In this document: positions 62,213 through 64,000 of the stretch, piece by piece
How positions within the stretch are numbered: position 1 is the first letter of the stretch
Layout of the letters: every line of letters starts with the position of its first letter
Source: Scyliorhinus canicula
Lineage: Eukaryota
Assembly: GCF_902713615.1 (NCBI RefSeq)
Contig: NC_052156.1
Location: forward strand, 127,596,407 to 127,660,406
Direction of reading: 5' to 3'
Length of the DNA stretch: 64,000 nt
Notes under the pieces: generated by a model
What the model was told of the DNA's origin: nothing
Seen by the model: only the letters and a program-made list of their open reading frames with translations
The model's database searches: none
Program-made: the position numbers and the translations under genes

Positions 62213-62554
62213 GATTATTTTATGTGGTGACATTGCCTGTTGTGGATTCAGTTGAGCCCTCTCCACCGTCTTCAAGGGAAGTTGAAGCCAGGGCCCTCTG
62301 GTGTTGGTTTAATGATAAGGTTCTTTATGCTGCTTGAGTCCCGCAGTTCTGTCCATCTGGAGAGTGGATTTGGTACCAGTGAATGTTGGTGCTGTTTCCC
62401 GGATTGACTAGTGTGATTTTTTAAAGCACTTTCTTGATGGTTATCAAACTTAATAACTGGGAAGGTTGATTGAGATATTTTCTCTCTCACCACTGTGGGG
62501 TCATGGTGAATGCAAGACAGCATCGGGAGCCACTCTGTTGGAATGAAAAAATTT

Positions 62555-63460
62555 TTAAAATTGATTTTACGGGATGTGGACATCGCTGATTAGACCAGCA
62601 TTTATTGCCCATCCCTAGTTGCCCTTCAGAAGGTGGTGGTGAGCTGCCTTAATGAACTGCTGCAGTCCCTGAAATGTAGGTACCCCACAGTGCTGTTAGG
62701 GAGGAAGTTTGGGGATTTTTACCCAGCGACAGTGAAGGAATGGTGATATATTTCCAAATCGGGGTGGTGAGTGACTTGGCGGGAACCTCCAGCTGATAGG
62801 GTTCCCAGGTATCTGCAGCTCTTGTTCTTCTAGATGGTAGTGGTCGTGGGTTTGTTGGGTGCTGCCTAAGGAACCTTGGTGGGTTACTGCATTGCATCTT
62901 GTAGATGGTATACATGGCTGCCCCTGTTTGTCGGTGATAGAAGGATTGAATGTGGAAGGGGAGCAATCGAGCGTCTGCTTTGTCCTGGACGGTGCCTAGC
63001 TTCTTGAGTGTTGTTGGAGCTGCACTCATCCAGACAAGTGGAGAGTATTCCATTACAGTCCTGACTTGTGCCTTATAAATGGTGGACAGGCTTTTGGGGG
63101 TCAGGAGGTGAGTTAATCACCGTAGGATTCCTAGTCTTTGACCTGCCCTGGTAGCCATAGTATTAATATGGCTAGTCCATTTCAGTTTCTGATCAATGGT
63201 AAGCCCCAGGATGTTGATTGTGGGGATCAATGATGGTACTGCCATTAAATGTCGAGGGGCAATAGTTAGATCCTATCTTGTGGGAGATGGTCATTGCCTG
63301 GCACCTGTGTGGCACAAATGTAACTTGCCACATCAACCCAAACCTGGATATTGTCCAAGTCTTGCTGCATTTGAATCTGAACTGCTTCATTATCTGAGGA
63401 GTCGTGAATGGTGCAGAACATTGTGCAGGCATCTGTGAACTTCTGATGGAAGGGAGGTCA
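62555..63460 (-). mobile_element. L2/CR1-type LINE 3' part
   Basis: ORF 62649..63053 MEYSPLVWMSAAPTTLKKL; tail shared with the SacSINE1-like element. Confidence 0.75.
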
Positions 63461-63461
63461 T

Positions 63462-64000
63462 TGAACAAAGAACGAAGAAAAGTACAGCACAGGAACAGGC
63501 CCTTCGGCCCTCCAAGATGCGCCAACCATGCTGCCCGTTTAAACTAAAATCTTCTACACTTCCGGGTCCGTATCCCTCTATTCCCACCCGATTCATGTAT
63601 TTGTCACGATGCACATTAAACGTCACTATCGTCCCTGCTTCCACCACCTCCTCCAGCAGCGAGTTCCAGGTGCCCACTGCACTCTGTGTAAAAAAAAAAA
63701 AAAACTTGCTTCGTACACCTCCTCTAAACCTTGTCCCTCGCACCTTCAACCTATGCCCCCTAGTAATTGACCCCTCTACCCTGAGAAAAAGTCTCTGACT
63801 ATCCACTCTGTCTATGCCCCTCATAATTCTGTAGACCTCTACCAGGTCACCCCTCAACCTCCGTTGTTCCAGTGAGAACAAACCGAGTTTATTCAACCTT
63901 CCCTCATAACTAATGCCCTCCATACCAGGCAACATCCTGGTAAATCTCTTCTGCACCCTCTCTAAAGCCTCTACATCCTTCTGTTAGTGTGGTGACCAGA
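63462..64000 (-). mobile_element. CR1 3' end (continues past the window)
   Basis: ORF 63390..63956 QKRFTRMLPG...RRLRGDL...TRGH. Confidence 0.88.

Overview
Eukaryotic, intron-rich, repeat-dense vertebrate DNA. HE1-type V-SINEs, a SacSINE1-like element, CR1, L1 and Penelope repeats point to a shark, probably a catshark-like elasmobranch (inference). Three host genes were reconstructed by hand. (1) GTSE1 on + has a CpG promoter at about 4.2-4.6 kb and 11 coding exons from 6051 to 37835, giving about 660 aa. (2) An intact 6-exon PLP-dependent serine/threonine dehydratase (serine racemase-like) gene lies on - from 56107 to 39458, giving 320 aa. (3) The first coding exon of TRMU/MTU1 is on + at 61549-61636. 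The rest is mostly nested retroelements: CR1, L1, L2-like, Penelope, SINEs, solo LTRs and a Gypsy gag relic. A 1.7 kb minisatellite with a 25-bp TTAGGG-containing unit lies just upstream of the GTSE1 promoter. The most notable points are the uncharacterised PLP enzyme between GTSE1 and TRMU, a frame-breaking indel in GTSE1 exon 5 that an internal donor could bypass, a GC-AG intron, the polarised telomere-like minisatellite, and modular SINE tails. There are no prokaryotic features, and most short ORFs in the track are spurious.
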